Numbered from the whole stretch's first letter, positions 13,031 to 27,295 are shown. The stretch is 63,852 nt of DNA, filler included, from Octopus bimaculoides (GCF_001194135.2; 7 parts of 6 records of this genome joined end to end with filler, not necessarily neighbours in it); one strand, 5' to 3'. Notes: a model not told the origin generated them from the sequence alone. Program-made: numbers and translations.

Positions 13031-13918
13031 AGTATATGTGCACGGTTGTATAATATTCTATACATGTATACGGTTTGTATAATATTCTACCTTGTCAAAC
13101 GGCATGTGCAGTGGTACGAGGCAACGAGAGACTAAGAGGAGGAGGGAGGGAGAGAAGGGAGGGAATGTGGGAGGGAGGCAGCATCAAGGTGGGTCTCTCG
13201 ATCTGCTGTACATTGTAGTCAAATCTTGTTGAAATCGTATTCTGCCGCGTGATCTCAAGAAAATTTAATGAATAAGGGAAACTAGAACATGCTGGTATTT
13301 TGAATACATTAGCTGCATAGTAGATACTTATGGGAGAAGCATATCCATGCATATATACATACATAGATGCGTACATACATATATACACGCATGCATACAT
13401 ACATGCATACGTACATACATACATACATACATACATACATACATACATACATACATACATACATACAGACAAACAGACGGACAGACAGAGACAGGCAGAA
13501 AGCTGACAGACAGGTAGACAAACAGGCAGACAGATGGGCATGTATATTCGCTTGTGGTCGTAGGTTCGATCCTACTGAGTGGCATTTTTGTGTAAATGTA
13601 ACTCTGCAGCCTTGTGTCGTCCCATGCCTTGGAATTGGGTTGACGAAAACTGCATAAAAGTCCGTTAAGTTTATGGTATCTGTAATTCGAAAGGTGACAC
13701 TTGTCACACTGTTTATTTTGCATGAGAATTCACTCTAAGTCTAAACATGTTCAGCCATTGAAATGGAGCAGGTAATTTAGTTGACTGAATAACTAAATCC
13801 TCGTAGTCAAACGACGAAGATCCACGACAACACAGACACATACACACAAATACACACACACATACACACACAGATGTAAATATATTCTTTTATTCTTTTA
13901 CACGCGGCCATGCTGGAG

Positions 13919-13960
<42 letters not shown>

Positions 13961-14288
13961 NNNNNNNNNNNNNNNNNNNNNNNNNNNNNNNNNNNNNNNN
14001 NNNNNNNNNNNNNNNNNNNNNNNNNNNNNNNNNNNNNNNNNNNNNNNNNNNNNNNNNNNNNNNNNNNNNNNNNNNNNNNNNNNNNNNNNNNNNNNNNNNN
14101 NNNNNNNNNNNNNNNNNNNNNNNNNNNNNNNNNNNNNNNNNNNNNNNNNNNNNNNNNNNNNNNNNNNNNNNNNNNNNNNNNNNNNNNNNNNNNNNNNNNN
14201 NNNNNNNNNNNNNNNNNTATATATATTTATATATATATATAGATACACAGACAGATTGATAGGTAGTAGTAGATGTGTCCATCCATCC

Positions 14289-14320
<32 letters not shown>

Positions 14321-14377
14321 ATCATATATATATATATATATGTGTGTGTGTATGTGTTTGTGTGTGTCTGTGTGTGT

Positions 14378-14535
14378 GTAAATCGTCTGGAAGTCAAAAG
14401 AGACATCTAAACATGCACAAAAAACACAACGAGATAACAAATTCAGAACTAAGTCACGTTTGCAATATCTGTACAAAGTTTTTGAGAGAGTCTTTTTGGC
14501 TCAAAAGTCATACATGTTCTCACTTGAGGAGCTAA
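14378..14535 (+). mobile_element. Probable LINE (RTE-like) ORF2 C-terminal C2H2 zinc-finger remnant
   Basis: KSSGSQKRHLNMHKK..HVCNICTKFLRESFWLKSHTCSHLRS*. No TGEKP linkers and no splice context. Confidence 0.45.
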
Positions 14536-14638
14536 CGCTATATTTGTGCTTGAAGTGGCAAAGTTTTGTTTCAGAGCAGACAGCCATCACATATATATAT
14601 ACACACATATATATATATATATACACGCACGCGCGAAT

Positions 14639-14763
<125 letters not shown>

Positions 14764-15699
14764 CAAACACACATTCAGACACACACATACACACTAACGC
14801 ACGCACACTCACACACACATCCACACACGCATAAAGGGAAGATACAGGGGGATGTTGTTTTAAGTGCAGCAGAAAGAACAAAAATAATCCAAACAAATAA
14901 CAAATAAAAGAAACAAACAAACAAACAAACAATCGCAGTTTCTTTATCAATAACAGTGTTAAAATGGCGGCAATCCGTTAATTTGTTGCTTAGTTGAACA
15001 GAAAGTCCTTAATTAACAATACCGTCATAGAAGACGATCAGTAACAAAACAATGACGGTACGAATTACTATTTAGTCGGTTTTCCGTATTGCTGTGTAAA
15101 TGTATTCCGGGGTAAGTGAGTCTGTCACGACCATTCAGTGCAAAAATAGTATAGTCATTCGTTGGTTCCTGTACTAAAAAAAGACACGTTTAGTCTCATT
15201 AACTCTTTTGTTCCTCTCCGTGTCTCTCAGTCTGCCTCGGTCACCCTTACTTTCAGTATGTATGTGTGTATATATATATATATATATAGTTTTCCATACG
15301 TTTTGTCTTTCACTTATTTACTGTTAAGGCTGATGAAGGGAACCTGTGTGTGGTCGTTTGCACCGCTAGAAATACATGAGATCTTCTATTAAACCGCAAT
15401 TCCAACCGTTTTAAAAACGGAAGGATGGACTTACATAATGCCTTAAAAATGACGGGATCTCCAACGCTTTGTAATAGATGTCTGCACTGTCAGGGCTCAC
15501 TTGGGGTGGAATTCTGAGTTTTAAAAAAAATTTGTTTAAGGCATTCTTTAGCGCAGTAAAAGTACTTTGGTACACACTCTTTTATTATTCTTTCATTCTT
15601 TTACTTGTTCCAGTCAAAGGAGCGCGACCATGCTGGAGCATGCATAAAGTTCAAAAAAAGAAAAAAAGATTTATATATTTTAGCAGCTATTTTTAGTTA

Positions 15700-16125
15700 A
15701 GACTAGCACGGTCAAGTAATGCATATGGATGAAGATATTTGCACCAAGACATGCTGTTCTCTAAATGTGGAGGAAACATGTGGATGGGGCAGACCCAGGA
15801 AGGCGTGGGACGAACTGGTGAGAAAAGATCTTCAGACGTTGCGCCCCACAGAGAGGACGACGAGGGACAGAGACTTCTGGCGGTTTGTTGTACTTGAGCA
15901 GACATGTCAAGCTAAGTAAAACCGTGGTTGTCCTTGCATATTGGTATATCCCCTGCTTCCCTCTTCAGCTGAGTGATCCTAATCTCGTGGGCTCATGGGT
16001 GCTTGTGCCACGTAAAAGTACCCGTGCCGGTGTTGCGTAAAAGCACCCAGTGTACTACGTAAAGTGGCTGGCGGTAGGAAGGGCATCCAGCCGTAGAAAC
16101 CATGCCAAAACAGACATGGAGTCCG
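15700..16125 (+). mobile_element. 3' end of an RTE-clade LINE
   Basis: ORF ..VEETCGWGRPRKAWDELVRKDL..TRDRDFWRFVVLEQTCQAK* is a typical RTE ORF2 terminus, followed by a 3' UTR. Confidence 0.75.
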
Positions 16126-16664
16126 GGCAGATGATGATGTCGATGATGACTCGACAACGACGACGATGATAATGACGATGCTGATGCTGATGCTGATGAT
16201 GAATCAATAGATATATCATATAGTACAGTTTAGTTTTGAAACAAAAGTCTCTCAGTGCACAGGTAGTTTATTAACAGGAATGCATTATATATGCAAATTC
16301 GTCAATCCAATTTATTTACTAAGGTTTTAACAATAGTGAATTTATAAGCAGTGTCTCTGTTGACAGCTGAGAGGATAACTCAATCACTGAAGAAATCTCA
16401 ACGCAGTCTTAAATCTCATTTTCTAACTACAAAAATATTGTATTAAAAGACATGGCGCTCACATCTGTCTCTACATACAGGGTTGGTTGATAATCAATAG
16501 CACGTATCCTTTTACTTGTTTCAGTCATTTGACTGCGGCCTTGCTAGAGCGCCGCCTCGACGGGTTTTAGTCAAACAAATTAACCCCAGGACTTATTTTC
16601 TAGAGCTTAGTACTTATTCTATCGGTCTCTTTCTATCGAACCGCTAGTTATTTATTTGTATATT

Positions 16665-17160
16665 ATAAAATGTTAAAAAAATTTCTTAAAAAACATGACA
16701 ATACAAATAAATTGATTATAATTTGTAAAACTAAAAAAAATATAGCTAAAAGAACCTACATATATGTTTCAGTAGTATCCTCTTGTTGATCAGAAATTCT
16801 AAGCATTTAGTTAAATGCTAAGAAAGGTATTATATTCTAACTATATAGGGTAGAACTTTTTCAGAGTTATTATAAGCTAATAGAACTTAGGTTATTATTT
16901 TTCCTTTGAAGGGTGCATAATAATAACCTAAATAATAATAATAAGTTCATAATAACGCTGAAGAAGTTCTACCTCATTTAGTTAGAATATGATACTTTTC
17001 TTAGCATTTTACCAAATGGTTAGAATTTTTGATCAATTAGGGGATACTACAGAAACATATATGTAGGTTCTTTATGTTTTTAGCTTTACAACTTATAATC
17101 AATTTATTTGTATTGTTATGTTTTTTAAGAGAATTTTCAAGAAACTTCCAACATTTCATA
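16665..17160. repeat. AT-rich foldback (palindromic MITE-like) element
   Basis: The ~230-nt arms are alignable reverse complements, e.g. agaacctacatatatgtttc / gaaacatatatgtaggttct and caatacaaataaattgattataa / ttataatcaatttatttgtattg. Confidence 0.9.
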
Positions 17161-17458
17161 ACATACACATAGATTATTCATACATCCATTTTTTCTCCAT
17201 TTTCTTTCTTTCCTGTAATATTTATAATATATATAATTACAATAATCCCTAACATATACCAGTGACTTTTACATTATATGATACAGATTAACCAGTGGAA
17301 TATCTTGGATTATATAATGAGGATATAATTTCCTCGAACTGACTATATATATGTGTTTGTTTGTTTGTGTGTGCGTGTGTGTGTGTGTGTGTGCGTATTT
17401 GTATATGTACTTATATGCATATATATATTATGTACACTTACATACATATATACATACA

Positions 17459-17518
<60 letters not shown>

Positions 17519-18974
17519 TACATACATATATATATGCATACATACATATATGTGCATACATACATATATGTGCATACATACATATATGCATACATACATA
17601 TATATGCATGCGTACATACATATACATATATACATGTATATGCATACATACATGCATATGCATACATACACACATACACATACATGCATACGCATACATA
17701 CACACATGCTTATGCATACGTACACATATGTATGCGTACATACATACATATAGATATATATAGAAAATATGTTTAGAGAGAGAGAGAGGAGGAGAGAGCG
17801 AGTTAGAAACATGGAGACAGAGACAAACAGAGAGACAGAGAGATAACTACACGCATATGCACATATACGTATACTCATTCGTACTTACGTGATATTTTGG
17901 TTTTCGGAAACCTTAATCTGTGACCAATAAACACATCTATACAGGCAAAACGATTATACATGTTTATGCAACACAATACAAAGAAACATTTCATCTTATA
18001 CAATTACAATTTACAACTGCAATTTTCATTGATTTAATCAAATTGGTTTGTGGTTAATACCTTTGTAATTTAGTTCTATTTTTCTCTCCTTGTTTTATAA
18101 AATTGTTACTTTTGCTAATCTTAAAAACATTTCAACTGCATTTATTTAAATGTAAAGTTTATCTTGAGAATTCCATGACCTCATCACATTTTGCACGGTG
18201 TATGGACTCCTATTGTATTTTGTTGAAAGTCACCAAACAAATTTGTTAGCAAAAATTTAAAAGAAAAATCCTAAAGTAGTAGGTTAATTACATCACACGC
18301 AGCTATTTCGGAGCTAAACTCACCTATTTACCCGGCTGATTATTTGCCATGCTTCACAGTAAAAAACAGTATCACTGATTATCATTGAGAAGTGACACAA
18401 GCGTCAAGTCACAAATTCAGTTCTTTATTTTTTATTTTATTCTATCGAAGAACGGTTTATAGTCACCTCAACGCAACGGTTTCGGTCTTTGGCTTACATA
18501 AAAGTTAACATATTGTAATATTGTATTGCAACGAAGGCGGCGAGCTGGCAGAAATGTTAGCATGCCGGGCNNNNNNNNNNNNNNNNNNNNNNNNNNNNNN
18601 NNNNNNNNNNNNNNNNNNNNNNNNNNNNNNNNNNNNNNNNNNNNNNNNNNNNNNNNNNNNNNNNNNNNNNNNNNNNNNNNNNNNNNNNNNNNNNNNNNNN
18701 NNNNNNNNNNNNNNNNNNNNNNNNNNNNNNNNNNNNNNNNNNNNNNNNNNNNNNNNNNNNNNNNNNNNNNNNNNNNNNNNNNNNNNNNNNNNNNNNNNNN
18801 NNNNNNNNNNNNNNNNNNNNNNNNNNNNNNNNNNNNNNNNNNNNNNNNNNNNNNNNNNNNNNNNNNNNNNNNNNNNNNNNNNNNNNNNNNNNNNNNNNNN
18901 NNNNNNNNNNNNNNNNNNNNNNNNNNNNNNNNNNNNNNNNNNNNNNNNNNNNNNNGGCAATAAAGAAATAAATA

Positions 18975-19385
18975 TTCTTTTCTACTCTAGGCATAAGGCC
19001 CGAAATTTTGGAGGAGGGGGCAGTCGATTAGATCGACCACAGTACGCAACTGGTACTTAATTTATCGACATCGAAAGGGCGAAAGGCAAAGTCGACCACG
19101 GCGGAATTTGAACTCAGAACGTAAAGACAGACGAAATACCGTTAAATAAAGAAAGAAATATCGTATTGCATCGGAAGGCGGCGTTCTTACAGGTTTGTTA
19201 GAGGGCCGGGCAAAATGCTTAGCGGCAATTGGCCCGTCTTTACGTTTCGACTCCAAACTCCGTCGAGGTCGACTTTGCCTTTCATCTTTTCGGGGTCGAT
19301 AAAATAAGTACCAGTTGAGCACTGGGATCGATGTAATTAACTTAGCCCTCCACCCGAAATTGCTGGCCTTGTGCCAAAATTTGAA
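18975..19385. mobile_element. Two family-B SINE copies in inverted orientation
   Basis: Minus copy ~18975-19140 and plus copy ~19215-19385 share the aaaggcaaagtcgacc / ggtcgactttgccttt core. Other family-B copies at about 7100-7900, 8955-9360, 23757-23970 and 25725-26110. Confidence 0.85.
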
Positions 19386-19656
19386 ATTAATATTGTATTG
19401 CATCCCAGAGTACCACATTGTATTGCATCCTAATAGCGAAAGCCTTCATTGATTAGTTTTTATCGGCAACCGGACATATTACAACCATTTGCTACAATTT
19501 TTTCTCTCCTTTTCATTAATTACCTTCAAAAATTTTGATTTCAAGTAATAAGAAACCTCGCCTGGAACCCATTATAAAATTTTGCTGTAAACGTAAAATG
19601 TAAGCAACACGAATTTGAGATGGGAGTATTGGTTTACTTGATAAAATTACTTTACT

Positions 19657-20510
19657 GACATTCAGGTTTAAAAGCTAGTATTAATGCAATCGTGAGCTAG
19701 AGGGATATTAAAATGGTATATCGAGGAAGGTAGAACATAGAACGAAATGATTTGTAAAAATTTAGCAACAACAAAAAAACAAAAAAGAAAGAAAAAAAAA
19801 CTTGAAGGAAATAGTCTTTAATGAATCCAGTTGCTGATAATAACTAATTAACGAAAATTGCAATCGCAAAGGTCTTAAGACTTTTACTATTAAGAGCAAA
19901 TTAACGTTTTTGTGCTGCAATACAATATCTTAGTCTGATACGTTCTACGAAAGCAAAAAGACGAAACCTTTGACGTAGATCGAACTAAAAACTATTCTTA
20001 TATATGGCTGTGTGGTTAAGCGGCATCTCGGGCAAAGTATCTTCTATATTCTGAGTTCAATCTCGCAGGGCTTGATTATGTTTTCCCTTGCTTAGTTGGC
20101 AACAGAATAAGAATTTAGGGTTCCCTTCGGTTACGGTAGTGAAGACTAGTAGTTGCCCATGCGTGTAAGTCTTCTCTCGCCATGTGAGAAATTTCTTTAT
20201 GGACATTCAGGTTTAAAAGCTGGCATTAATGCAATAGTGCGCTACAAGGGTGTTAAAGTGGAATATCGAGGACGGTTGAGCATAGAAAAATAAAAAAGGA
20301 AAAAAACTTTAATAAATCAGGTTGCCGATAATAACTAATTAACGAAAAGCAATAGCAGAGGACTTAAGACTTCTGTTATCAAGAGCAAAATGATGTGTTT
20401 GTGATGCAATACAATATCTTAAACTGATAAGTTCTACGAAAGCTAAAATACCAAAACATTTGAAGCAGGTCTAGCTAAAAACTATTCTTATATATGGCTG
20501 TGTGGTTAAG
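19657..20510. repeat. Diverged local direct duplication (19657-20020 and 20202-20510)
   Basis: Both copies start gacattcaggtttaaaagct and end aaaaactattcttatatatggctgtgtggttaag. Confidence 0.85.
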
Positions 20511-20983
20511 AGAAATAAACGCCAAAACAGTTTGGTACCATCAGAATGTAAAGAGCCGATACGCTAACAGCTTTGTTACTCTAACACTCTGATTCGGTTC
20601 TTTATTGATGGTGAAAGAATGAAATGTAAAGTTAAGCTTGGCAGGATTCGAGCTCAGACACATGGAATAAATAACACGAAGCATTCTACCCGACTCTTTA
20701 ACATTTCTGCCGACTAAAGAAATATTCAGTAGTAGATTGAATTCAAATGTCTACACCCACTTTCTTTCAATTTTGTGAGGACTAAAATTAAGAAATCGCC
20801 ATTATTATACGGCAGAATGAAAAAGCGGCTGATAGAAAGTGTAGGGTAGAGTCGGGGAACTTGTGAACCTTCAAAAAAGTTTGTTGGGAACTTCTAAAAA
20901 AACAAAAAAAATTTGAGGGGGAAATCATTATCATGAAATAAACTTTGCTTGATTTCATTTTACCTTAGGTCTATCTTCATATA

Positions 20984-21018
<35 letters not shown>

Positions 21019-21221
21019 GGTATGTATTATACGGCTGACTGAACAAACGAACGAAATACATTTAGTTGGTGTTGTATTTATTGAGTCACAGACTGATATA
21101 GTCCTTCATGTTACATAAAGTAACTTTATCCCCATATGTCCGAGGAACTGGTCATGTTTTTTTTTCTCACATCTGCGAAACTTAAAGTAACATAGAGGAG
21201 CTAATTCAACCTGTTAATATA

Positions 21222-21433
21222 CAGGGTGTCCACAAAGTCTGGGTACATGGAGATTAACACATACTTTAAGAAATTATTATTTGTTACATTTAATTGTTTA
21301 TGTTATGATTTTATTTACTCCATGTACCCACATGGGAATTAACACATACTTTAAGAAATTATTATTTCTTATATTTGATTGTTTATGTCATGATTTTATT
21401 TACTCCACGTACCCAGACTTTGTGGACACCCTG
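21222..21433. mobile_element. Tc1/mariner-type MITE with perfect 25-bp TIRs
   Basis: TA|cagggtgtccacaaagtctgggtac ... gtacccagactttgtggacaccctg|TA; the interior is an ~85-bp tandem duplication. Confidence 0.9.
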
Positions 21434-21479
21434 TATATATATGCTCCAGCATGGCCGCAATCAGATGACTGAAACAAGT

Positions 21480-21522
<43 letters not shown>

Positions 21523-24427
21523 TATGTATATCTTGTCTATTTTTTTAATTACCTAATTGAGAATATTTAGAACCAACAAAAATTCTTTATCTATATTCAT
21601 AATTAATAAGAGTTATATTCTAAACATGGAAGCCCGAAGAAGTTTTCGAAAAACATAAAACAAATAAATAAAAATACGGTGGTGATGGTTATAGCAAAAC
21701 AGCGTATTTTTCTTTTTAATTTTGTAAGAATTTTTATAAGTTGTAAAATATTTCATAAAAACGGATAGATTTCTTATAAGGAGACATCAGTTATGAAATA
21801 ACTCATAGCATTCTTTTTCAAATAATAGGCATAGTAGTTTAATTGTCTTTCTTTTTCTTTTGGAAATGTGGTCTTGTTAATACAGCCTTCGACTATGAAA
21901 CGGTTCCTCACCTCTCCCGGAGAGCAACCGAGTTTGTTTCTCGATGTGCTGAGCTCAAACGCCGTTAGATGTTTTATCTCTCGTTTGTCGAGAGTCAGTA
22001 AAACGTTTACCGCTCAGCTATATTGGCGGGAAAATTCGATTGACAGTTCACCAATTCTCTTACAAGACTTGTGTCCTTCTGTCAATAAGTATTAAAAATC
22101 AATCGGCATTAAAATCCATTGAAAGATTAATTACTGCTTAGCCATTCCATACCATTTTAGTAAAGAGGAAGCAATAAAATCGATTGATAAAATTGATTGA
22201 TTAAACTACAGCTACACTTATAAATAAACATCTAAAATTTAAAATTCTTTCATACAACAAAAGGTCAGACTCGCTCCCATTCTGCATGCAAATTTTTTAT
22301 TAATTTTAATTAATTAAATTAATTAAAAATTCGCGGTTGTGACCCTTGCTTTTTTTGACTAAAGCTAGTAATTTAGAGAATTATTTATTCTTATTACAAA
22401 GAATGAAATTTTAATTAATAAAACTTTCTTGGCTCACAATTTATACACTTTGCCGACTTTACTATTGATTATTCACGCAGAAGGCGTCCCTAGGCACTTC
22501 CTACCAGTCGGTCTAAGCCCTAATTTGAGACAGGAACAAATAATTAGCAACAAACTCCCTAATGCAAATCAAACACTCGCATCTATTGCTAAGTATGAAC
22601 TATAACTGCAGACACATTGCAATGTGGTTGCCCGGAAAGTGATAGCATAATTGGTAACGCTGTTACTGGACAAGTGATAGCGTGATTGATAACACCGTGA
22701 GCCTGGCTAACACTAGTTAATTTAAGGTAACACGGTTTGCTGTTAAGTGATAGTCTCTTGTAAGTTAGTTACCTTATTAGTGACAGATAACACTGTGGAA
22801 ACACGATTTCTGTTCTTGGCTACCAACTGTTATTTCCTATTTGCTTACCCTTAGAAATCATGAAAAAGGGCTAATACTTCCTTCAAACTTTGCTTTTGTT
22901 ACATTTATTCAAACCCCAGAGGATCCTTCTCAATACATGGTTATGATGTTCTCCCACTACTCCTGCTTATCAACAAAGATGCACATATTGTTAGCCACTA
23001 AGGGATACGCTCAAGTGGTTAAGGTCAAGCAATTGGCAAGCAAATCTGTGGTATTGAGTGGAATATTTGCTATAACGATATTTCTGATTCAACAATTCAG
23101 CGCTAAATTTGTGTGAAATATAATGGAAAATTGGCCAGTTTCGAAACATTGATGTCCAGGTCGCAAAAGAAAAGTTTGAAGGCAATAGTAGTCATTTCCT
23201 TTGATTTCTAGATAGAAGCAAATAAGAAATAACACTTACTGACCAAAAACGAAAAAATAAATAATGAATAAATAAATATAAATTTTGTTACACAGTGTAA
23301 TGTTATCACGATTGTCAGGCTAGCAATTGGTAACGTAGTTACCAGGCTAATGACAGTATTGCTTGGCTAGTGATAGATAACATCTGATTAGCAACACAGT
23401 GGATAACACAGTATGATTGAAAACGAAGTTGTCTTGTAAGTGATAGTGAGATTAATAACGCATTACCTGTGATAGCTAATGCGACTGGTTACACAGAATA
23501 TAAAGAATATATCTGCAGGCTTTAGCTAACACTCTATGCAATACAGCCTTACTTAAAATCTTTCGTTGTATTCCATAGAAACTCTTTTAAAACAACAATA
23601 ATTTTATTCTAATTTCATCTTAAGGTAATAAATATATTTTATATAAGCACCAAGAAATTTTGTAAAAGTTGAATTATACTTACTGTATGTATCTCAGATA
23701 TTACCAAAAGTGGTAAACGTTCATTCCCCGGGCTAAAGTTCTAGTTATTAATGATATTGGTTTCACATTTTAGCACAAGTTCAGTAACTTCGGGGGAAAG
23801 TCAGCAAGATCGACCCCCAGTGCTCAACTGGTACTTGTTTTATCTACTCCCGAAAGAATAAAAAGGAAAAGACGACGTTGGCGGAATTTGAACTCAGAAT
23901 GCAGAAACTGTCGAAATGCCACTAAGCATTTTGTTCGGCGCGCCAACGATTCTGCCAGCTTACCAGCTTGTCCCCTTTTAGTTATTAATGATATTAAACA
24001 TGACAACAGTTATTCTTATTCACCCTGGCTGCATGTAAAGTAAGGGCTAAGTTCGTTCCTGGTATCTGATGTGACTGATATCTTCAATATCTTTTATCCT
24101 TTATCTTTTACTTGCTTCAGTCATTTGACTACGGCCATGCTGGAGCACCACCTTGAAGAATTTTATTCGAAGTAATAGACCACAATACTTAGTAGTTTCT
24201 TTTCAAAAATTTGGTACTTCGTCTATCGGGGTTCTTTTGTTGAACTGCTAAGTTATGGGAAGGTAAACAAACCAACAACGGTTGTCAAGCGATGTTCAAG
24301 AACCAAATAAAGGACAAACTTTCAATCCCGGGATCATCCTGATTCCAAAAAGGAATATGTCTATGTAGAGCAAATGTAGAGTGAACTCCAGGGGTCCCGG
24401 ACAGACAAAATTTCGCGTTTATTCTTA

Positions 24428-24469
<42 letters not shown>

Positions 24470-27106
24470 CCCAAATTTGTAATAATATTATATATATATA
24501 TGTATATTTATATATATATNNNNNNNNNNNNNNNNNNNNNNNNNNNNNNNNNNNNNNNNNNNNNNNNNNNNNNNNNNNNNNNNNNNNNNNNNNNNNNNNN
24601 NNNNNNNNNNNNNNNNNNNNNNNNNNNNNNNNNNNNNNNNNNNNNNNNNNNNNNNNNNNNNNNNNNNNNNNNNNNNNNNNNNNNNNNNNNNNNNNNNNNN
24701 NNNNNNNNNNNNNNNNNNNNNNNNNNNNNNNNNNNNNNNNNNNNNNNNNNNNNNNNNNNNNNNNNNNNNNNNNNNNNNNNNNNNNNNNNNNNNNNNNNNN
24801 NNNNNNNNNNNNGTTTAAAAGTGAAAGAAAAAAGAAACAAAGATGGAGATCGTCGAATTTGTTTGGAAACTGTAACAATTGTGATTTGATTGGTACGAAG
24901 TAGATAGATCGTAGGACCTTTAAGATGGAAGCATACATTGAAACACAGTGCCCTAACAACTGGGTTAAACACATACACAAGACCAAAAACAAAAAACAAA
25001 AAAAAAATAAAGAACAAAAATAGAATTAAGAAGTGAAAAACCCTAAAGATAAAAATAAGCAGCAAGCGATAGGGAGGGGTGTTTGTTTTAGTAATTACTC
25101 CGTTCTAAAGAGGAAACGGATATTGCTAACAGCTTGAGAATGAGACGACCTTAAGTTGATATGTAAGAGATATGTCATAGATACGCCTATAAACCTCCAA
25201 AAGGGGGACGACATGATGTAGGCCACTGACTCTGAAAACAAGTATTCTTTCTAAGTGTTTATCCAATTCAAGCCAATTTTATAATTTTGTTTATCATAGT
25301 TTGATAGCATGTAAATGCTAGTTGAACATGGCCGATATGATAAGTTGTTCGCTTCGCTTGTTGGTTAAAATAAGTCTGCCATTTCGTCCATGTTCGGTAG
25401 CGTTGTGCTGCATCCATGGATGGCCAGTACAACTCAATTTATTTAAGGTTACGTGAAGTACAGCCAAAAAAAAACAAAAAAAAAAAAACAGAAAAAACGT
25501 CCCAGACTCAACATTTTGGATGAATATTTCAACAGCAAACGCACAGTGTTCATCAGTTCAATCTATGATGGCGAATAATACAATTATCACTGTAAAACAT
25601 TTGCTACATGGAGACAGCATTGTAATCAGCTTAACCTCACTAGCGCCACACCAATGACCGTGTAAACTATGGGAGATTTTTCTGCCGCATATTGTAGTAT
25701 AGCATGCCATATGATTGGTTTCAAATTTTGGCACAAGGCCATCAACTTCGGGATGCGAGTAAGCCGATTACATCGACCTCAGTACTTAACTGGTACTTAT
25801 TTTAAATTCACGAAAGGATAAAGGGCTTGGTCGACCTCGACAGAATTTGAACTCAGAAGGTGAGTTAACGTTTCTGCCAGCTCGTTACCTTAGCTTTCAC
25901 CTGAAACTTTGGTTTTAAATTTTGGCACAAGACCACAATTTTGGGGGAGGGGTAAGTTGATTACACCGACCCCAATGCTGAAGTGGTACTTGTTTTAGGT
26001 ACTTGTTTTATCGACCTCGAAAGGATGAAAGGCAAAATCTACCTGAAACCGGAACAAATGCCGCTAAGCATTTTGTCTGGCGTGCCAACGATTCTGCCAG
26101 TTCGCCACCCTATAGTGGCATATAATTAATTCATGTATATACCAATGCTTTTTGAAAACACTACTCACTTATAGAACACAAAGTGATAACTATAAAAGGA
26201 TAATTGAAACAAACGATAGAACATTAGCTACATGTAGACCCCATTATCATTTGCCTAACTTTATTAGCAGCTCATCAATGGCCGTGTGAAATATGGGATG
26301 TTTTTTTTTTTTGCCGTACACTGCAAAACAGCGTACCGTATGTCTTACTAATCTTGGGAGTAAGGCTCTGTTTTAAAACGCTATTCCCTCATGGGACAAA
26401 AAGGGACAAGGGCTCACTACTGTTTGCGTCGGTTCTTACACAATACATCCTCCACCCGGCGACCTGATCTAGCTTAATCAAATCTAGTCATGTGCCCTAG
26501 CGGCGCTCTATTGGCCACTACCTATCACTTCTTTTTAACCAGAGCCATCGAGATGCTTTCTAAGCAGCATCTACGTTGTTCTTTATAGTTCTATTCATTG
26601 CTAAAATATATGTAAGGATGTACGTATGTACATCTATACATACCTAAGGTAGTAAAAAGGACCTTAGCGTCTATTTCTAACGGTGCGTGGAGAGGCATAA
26701 AGCTGACCCCTTGTTATAATTATGTATATAATTATAAAATAATTTGTAAATACATACACATATATGTCACGTTTTTGATTCTGGGCTTTAATAATTTCGT
26801 TATACAATACACACATAGCTACACTCGCTGAAGAAGACGACGTTGACGACAGCGATGATGATGATGATGATGATGATTTCCATTTTAATTTTGGCATTGG
26901 CTAAATAACAACAACAACAACACCAACAGAAACAGCAGCAGCAACATCAACAACAACAAGAATAACAACAACGATTTGTGATTTAGGTACCAGGATTGGA
27001 ACTTTGAAGGGAGACGACTTAATCCGTTACAGTGACCTCTGTCGGTAAATGATTGGCACATTATGTTATCGATGTCGAAAGGTAGGAAAATAAATAAATA
27101 AATACA

Positions 27107-27180
27107 TTGATAAAGGAGATGGCGATGATGATGATGATGATGTTGATGAGTATCATGATGATGATGACGATGATGATGAC

Positions 27181-27221
<41 letters not shown>

Positions 27222-27254
27222 CGACGATGACGCTGCTGGTGGTGGTGGTGGTGG

Positions 27255-27295
<41 letters not shown>

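Noticed and set aside
14378-14535. C2H2 zinc finger suggesting a member of the expanded cephalopod ZNF family
   Set aside because: Only one and a half degenerate fingers, no TGEKP linkers and no splice sites. It fits a LINE ORF2 terminus better.
15331-15380. Other CTGATGA occurrences (also ~12014) as possible hammerheads
   Set aside because: There is no helix II followed by GAAA at the required spacing.
26492-26518. CTCF-like or CCAAT-like motif (tgtgccctagcggcgctctattggcca)
   Set aside because: The spacing does not fit the CTCF consensus well, and a single motif cannot be supported without chromatin data.
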